From assembly GCA_963693365.1 (NCBI GenBank), contig CAVNZM010000001.1, positions 11,310,161-11,374,160 of the forward strand: a stretch of DNA of 64,000 nt, read 5' to 3'. Positions 27,489 to 64,000 of the stretch are shown piece by piece. A program made the translations under genes and the position numbers. Each line of letters starts with the position of its first letter. The first letter of the stretch is position 1. The notes under the pieces were generated by a model. It did not search any database, was not told the origin of the DNA, and saw only the letters and a program-made list of their open reading frames with translations. The DNA comes from Amoebidium appalachense. Taxonomy: Eukaryota; Protista; Ichthyosporea.

Positions 27489-29038
27489 CCCCCCCCCTAC
27501 CCCCCCCCCATTCCCCTCCCCCCTCCCTACCGCCCCTTCCCCCCGCCCCCGCGCCCCTCTTCCCCCTGTTATTTCGCAGCCCTCCAACGGGGCGGGCCGC
27601 GTCCCCCGTTGACTCGGGCTGAACCATTAATTGACACACAGTGCGGCATATTTTTGGCCGCTACCGCCGGCCACCCTCATTCGTCCGTATGCACGGAGCC
27701 AGCACACGACGAATCATTCAGGAATCCTCGTGAATGTTGATAAACCTGTGGAATCCGTGGATTTATAGGTACAAAGTTGATGTGTTTTTTGTGTGTTCAC
27801 ACGTGTTTCCCACTGAACGCGTCGACCCCGCGGCGTAGGCGGTGTACACTCCGGGGTCCCCGCCAGTTCCGTCATCCCGGCTACGAAGATGATTGGTCCT
27901 GAGTTATCATTGGACAGCTAATATACCGAGATTCGATTGGACACTCGCACCTCACGTTTTTCTGTCTTTTGCGAGTCTATGGCGCATGTGTGACAGTGGC
28001 AAGATGAGAGCATTTCAGCATTAAAAGCCCTGATTTTTCTATAAAAACAGTATAAGTATACATTGTACACGGAAATTTACCGTGGAAAAAACAATTTGTA
28101 GTGGCCCGGGTTAAGTCCAACGCCTGGCCCTGCCTCGTGACGTGTAACCCTCGAGTCTCGTCGTGATATCGATCTTGAGATGACAAGATCTTTGACAATG
28201 CCGAGTCGTACGGATACAGCCCGATCACCCAGAGTTTTATGGGCATCGACAACGCCACCAGCCTCAGGTACTTGCGACCCGATTGTCGACGCAGCCAGGG
28301 CTGAGGAATGCATCACACAGTCCGATGTATCGCACAGTCGCTTCATAGAACCGTCGGTATTGTTCAAAAAAAAAGAGGGCCGTGCTACGTTACCCCTGCT
28401 GCACTTGCAGGAGCGTGTTACAAAGGAACAATACCGACGGTTTTTTTTCAGAGGGCCGTGAACGTAGGTAGCTCGGCCATTTGAGCATGTAGTAGTTCGG
28501 GGTACGGTCGATTGTCGATGCTTGCCGCAGCCACCGCCAGCAGGCAATATACTCAGCCTTTTGTGAACCACACGATTCGAACCACTAAAACAGCCCAAAA
28601 ATCTAAGATTTTGCGCTCAGGAAAAAAGAGCTAATAATGATATGAGGAAACGCCTGTAGCTTCACTTAATATCCTCAAGGACCTGTATCAGGCTGCTGAA
28701 GAACATCTGAGCATGATTGGATGACAATGTAGCCAATCAACGCCTTAGAAAAATGAAACCAATAAAATCATTTTATGGAATAAAAATGTGGTCCAATCGA
28801 AATCGCTACTCTAATTATCCAATTGAAACGATTGCTTTTCAGTTCTGGAATGCAGCTACTTGCTATATAAACAAGCCGAAGCGGATCCCTCGACTCATTC
28901 TGAGTCATTCATTCACTTATTCTTCTCTCTACAACAACACCTAAATCACATTTGGCGGGCCGTTGTACAGAGCAAGTGTTCAACTCAGCTTTACTAAGCA
29001 CCTTCTTGCTATCTGAAAAATCAATACTAAACGCAAAA

Positions 29039-29948
29039 ACGGTGAACATTAGCGTGCCCAAAGGCCTTACCTCCAAGTGGTTCATCCGCTCGCTGGTGGC
29101 CGAATTTATCGGCATGGCGTTTTTCCTCTTCATCACGGTCGGCACCGTTGTGTCCTCTGAGGTGATGGTGCCAGGCTACCAATCCACCATAGCCCCTGTT
29201 GACGGCCAGCTAGTCACACCCGTAGCTACCGCCGACAAGTACGTCTACGCTTTTTTTACCTTCGGCATTTCAATTGCCGTTTTGGCTTACAGCACGGGCC
29301 CCACTAGCGGCGGCCACCTTAACCCGGCGGTCACGTGCGCACTTACCGTATTTGGCAAGCACAACATCTATAAGGCCGTCCTATACATCATCGGCCCAGT
29401 TTGCCGGTGCCACCGTCGGTGTTGGTTTCGTTTCCGCCCTCTATCCTTCATGTCGTCACGGAAACTACGCACTGAACCAACTTTCTCCGGACGTGAGCAT
29501 CGCACAAGGTTTCTTCCTCGAAGTCTTTGGCACCGCCATTCTCACCTTCACAGTTTTCGCCATGGCCGTGGACCCGAAAGCAAACGAACCCAACGGACGT
29601 GCACCCTTTATGGCGCCACTTGCCATCGGCCTCTCTGTTCCTCTCGCTCATCCTGTTCTCATTCCCGTCACAAACTGCGGCATCAACCCTGCTCGCAGTT
29701 TTGCTGCGGCTGTGTATGCCGGCAACTTCAACGACTTTTGGATCTTCTTTGCGGGCCCCATGGTTGGTGGGCCTCTGGGTGCTGCGCTTCACTACCTGCC
29801 TGCATATCTTCTTGTGGACCCGGAGGAGACTGAGATTGCTGATATTGAGGATACAGGGGCTAATACGGCTATGAAGGTGAAGACGGTGGCTAGTGACGAT
29901 GAGGCTGCACCAAATGGGTCTCACGTTGACGTGCGTGTTGAAAAATAA
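29039..29948 (+). pseudogene. Aquaporin (MIP family, AQP1-like F/H/C/R filter), intronless, interrupted by a +1 frameshift at ~29393; pseudogene or sequencing error
   Basis: First frame: RSLVAEFIG..SGGHLNPAVT..LYII. Second frame: AQFAGA..EVFGT..APLAIGLSV..H..IPVTNCGINPARSF..WIFFAGPMVGG, then TAA at 29948. Removing one G in ATCATCGGCCCAG joins them into a 302-aa protein. There is no in-frame ATG before TM1; AAAA-ACG-G at 29039 sits where a start codon is expected. Confidence 0.85.
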
Positions 29949-30098
29949 ATGATAGTTGAATGATAAAAACGCAAAGAGAATAGAAAGTGCAGAAAAACAT
30001 TTATTTTGTATGGAAACAGTCCGTCTGTGACGGATATTTTCATAATAAAGCCTTTTCGGTGGCCTATCACGATCAAGTCGTTAACCCCCCCCCCCCCC

Positions 30099-30135
<37 letters not shown>

Positions 30136-30564
30136 CAGGGGGACAAAAAAAAAAAAAAACCAAAAAAAAAAACCTCCCTCCTCTGCCCGAAGCAAAAAAA
30201 TGCTCTCCGTCCATCCTTTTAGAAAAGCTCTTCCGAGCGCTGCAGAGCTGCGCATGCAGCATACCAGACAAATTCAGAATTCTGTTTTGCAAACACTGAT
30301 GCTTTCTTTTGAAGTGCCCCCCTCCACTACATACTCCCCCCCCCCCCCCCCCCCCCCCCCGGGTGCTTTTTTCTCTTGAAGTCTCGCTCCCCCCCCTCCC
30401 CGTCTCAAAAAAAAGAACTTTGAAAAAAGAAAATAAAAGAAAAGAAAAAGGAAGAAAGAAAGAGAAGAAGAGGACTTCTGAAAAACATGACCAATTGGCC
30501 AGGCTTTGTTGTCAACCCCCCCCCCCCCCCCTCCCCCCCCCCCCCCCTCCCCCCCCCCTCCCCC

Positions 30565-30595
<31 letters not shown>

Positions 30596-31309
30596 AGAAA
30601 GAAAGAAAAAGAAAAAAAGAAAGAACGAAAAGAAAAAGAAAAGAATAAAGAGAGAAACAAAAAAACAAACAAACAAACAAAAAAATCAGGAGGTGAGTCC
30701 CTTTTTCTACCCCTCATGGAGAACGTTGTCTATAGTGTTGCCGGATTTGCATATAGCATACCGTGGGACATACCTGTTGCAATTAGTGTTCGAATAGAAA
30801 ATAGAGCACGCCTACAAGTTTACACAACACCCTCTTACACGCCGAAGGAAACTGAAAACACGGAAGTCACCAAATTATCCAAACTAAGATACCTGACTCA
30901 GTCTGCACACAGTCTGAGACGCACCCACACACCTAAACTTTGCACACCCACCCACATACCCAGGGAAGCATGCACACACATACACAAACACACTTGTACA
31001 CAAACACACACGTACACAAATTATTATACCCCGGATAAGAAGCCAGTGGGGTCTTATTGTCTCTCTCTGCTCCCCCCCCCCCCCCTCCCCCCCCCCCCTC
31101 CCCCCGCTCCCTCCCTCTCCCTCACACACACTCTCTCCCAACCCCCTCTCTCCCCCGCCTCTCTCTCCCTCCCTCTCTCTCTCTTCCCCTGTCTCTGTCT
31201 CCTTCTCTATCTCTCTCTATCTCGTCTCCCCCCTCCCCCCCCTCTCTCTCTGCCCAGTCTCCCAGATCTCCATACCCACCTGCACCAATTCTGTTTTTCT
31301 TCTCTCTCG

Positions 31310-31390
<81 letters not shown>

Positions 31391-31609
31391 TCTGTCTCTC
31401 TCTTTCTCTCTCTCTATCTCTCTCTTTCCGCCCCCCCCCCCCCCCCCCCTGGCATATCTATCCCCCCCCCCCCCCCAGCTCTCTCTCCCCCCCTCCCCCC
31501 CCCCCCTCTCTATCTCTCTCCCTCTCCCCGGCGCACAAACACACTCCGACCTGCATAAATCAGATATCGCCGTCACGCACACAAACACACACGCACACAC
31601 GCACGCACG

Positions 31610-31647
<38 letters not shown>

Positions 31648-31676
31648 CACTGTCACGGCACGCACACATGCACATG

Positions 31677-31767
<91 letters not shown>

Positions 31768-31771
31768 AAAA

Positions 31772-31802
<31 letters not shown>

Positions 31803-32442
31803 CATTCACACATAAATATACCGTGCAAACACACGCGGTTCTGAGGGTACAATGATTCACCCTTGCGCGATCTTATGTAGGCACGGATCAGGATGCATGA
31901 TAAGCGCGGACCCATTCGAATATTCCGCATTCCTGCAAAAACAAGCACACAGGATCGAGAAGCGAACATTTCAAAAGCTGAAGCCAAAAAAACATGAAAA
32001 TCGGCGAGAGACTATCTAGTGAGCATACCCTTTGATTTAGCATTCTTTTGTTTTTTACTAATTGTACTCTCTGTACCCTGCCTCTGGCACATGTTAACAC
32101 CTATGCACGTGATAGAAAACTAAGTTTCATAAAAGTTACTAAGTTTCATAAAAGTATACCTCTGCTAGATTTAGCCCTCTCTCTCCGGAGGATTTCAAAC
32201 AGCAAATTATGCACCAGCGTGAAAAGCGTTGACTCTATCAAAAACTGTCATTTCACACCCTTCATCTCATCCGAAAATGTGCTCATATAGATTGTAATCG
32301 CAACACTTGTGGCGCATTATTAATTACCACAATCAGTTGCACGAAGACCTTTTTCGTTCATCGTCCCTGGATAAACACACATATGAGCATCATCTTACTC
32401 TAACACCTGCACACATCCACCGGGATTTATTTTGGGCACACT

Positions 32443-63169
<30,727 letters not shown>

Positions 63170-63194
<25 letters not shown>

Positions 63195-63405
63195 CTGAAC
63201 CGACCCGAGTTACTATGATGAATAACCGACCGGACTTGAAACCAAGACAAAGGCCGATTCGACCCGGATCGAACCAAAACAATTACAGCCGAAATAAGCC
63301 GGAACCAAATTCATAGCTGATCCGACCTGGAACAAAAACATAGGCGATTCGACCCAAATTCAAATTTATAGCTTATTCGACCCGGAACCAAAACAAACCT
63401 CATAG
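63170..63405. repeat. Degenerate ~27-36 bp tandem repeat (core ATAGCTGATTCGACCCGGAACCAAAAC) overlapping the GPCR stop codon and 3' UTR
   Basis: Recurrent (C)GACCCG/GACCGG/GACCTG plus GAACCAAAA units, about seven discernible. Confidence 0.65.
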
Positions 63406-64000
63406 TCAATTGCAACGAGCTGAATTAGTACTACATTTCTAATGATAATTGCTGTAGCAATCTGATTGTTATAAATAATTATAATGGTTTGTGACACGTA
63501 TGTATGTGAAAATATTACCTGGTATAATGTACTCTCGCATTGTGTGATAACTCCTTGTTCCCTGCACGAATGCCGAATCTCTAAATGTCGTTGCAGTTGC
63601 CAAGTATGGCTCAGTGTTCCGTTGAATATTTTTATTTTTTTATCTGTCAACTATAAAAGGTAGTTGAGCATGTCATTGATTCAATGTATTGCTGTATACA
63701 CTATTCAATGTGATTCTAGTATTAACAATAATAATGCTAGAAGTGCAACTAGTATTAATTTTACATTTGAGACAGATTGAGGTTTTTTTTAAAAGGAAAG
63801 TGTTCGTATATGTTCCGCCACTTTTTGCCAAATTTAGTCTTCTTTGTGTCCCCTGATGCTGCAATAAAAATGTGCTCATCGCGTTGTTTTGCCTATGAAG
63901 TTTACACTGCTTCACATACCTGCAGTTTTGCCAAAATTTTGGACCGACTATATATATGTGCAGTTGGTAGTCTCTATGTTGTGTATAAAGTAATTTCAGG

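Noticed and set aside
30716-30905. Short unique ORF segment MENVVYSVAGF...
   Set aside because: No recognisable motif and no phase-compatible link to neighbouring genes; it may be upstream or UTR sequence of the GPCR.
63920-63960. Possible Tc1-like terminus CCAAAATTTTGGACCGACTATA
   Set aside because: No matching opposite terminus was found inside the window.

Overview
Eukaryotic genomic DNA with small exons in introns packed with (CA)n/(TG)n, (GA)n and poly-C/poly-G tracts. Almost all ORFs in the supplied track are microsatellite artefacts. Splicing GT-AG exons by hand, with reading phase checked at every junction, gives five genes. (1) A 5'-truncated ALDH7A1/antiquitin, 15 exons, + strand, 109-9995. 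(2) An intronless GT14 (core-2/I-branching or xylosyltransferase-like) glycosyltransferase, - strand, 12115-13386. (3) A 5-exon coiled-coil + NHL-repeat protein, + strand, 20586-25832. (4) An intronless AQP1-type aquaporin with a +1 frameshift and an apparent ACG start, + strand, about 29039-29948. (5) A 30-exon, about 1139-aa class C (7tm_3) GPCR, + strand, 32443-63194, which the ORF track shows only as scattered fragments. Its ectodomain is a PAN/Apple-like module plus a bacterial sugar-ABC-type solute-binding domain instead of a Venus flytrap. Non-coding highlights: a sense-oriented intronic repeat family that ends in poly-C and has co-varying, pseudoknot-ordered stems; a 246-bp TIR element; a perfect 46-bp fold-back; and a polarised microsatellite pattern around splice sites. 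Taxon cannot be determined from the sequence; a unicellular opisthokont-like protist is only a guess.
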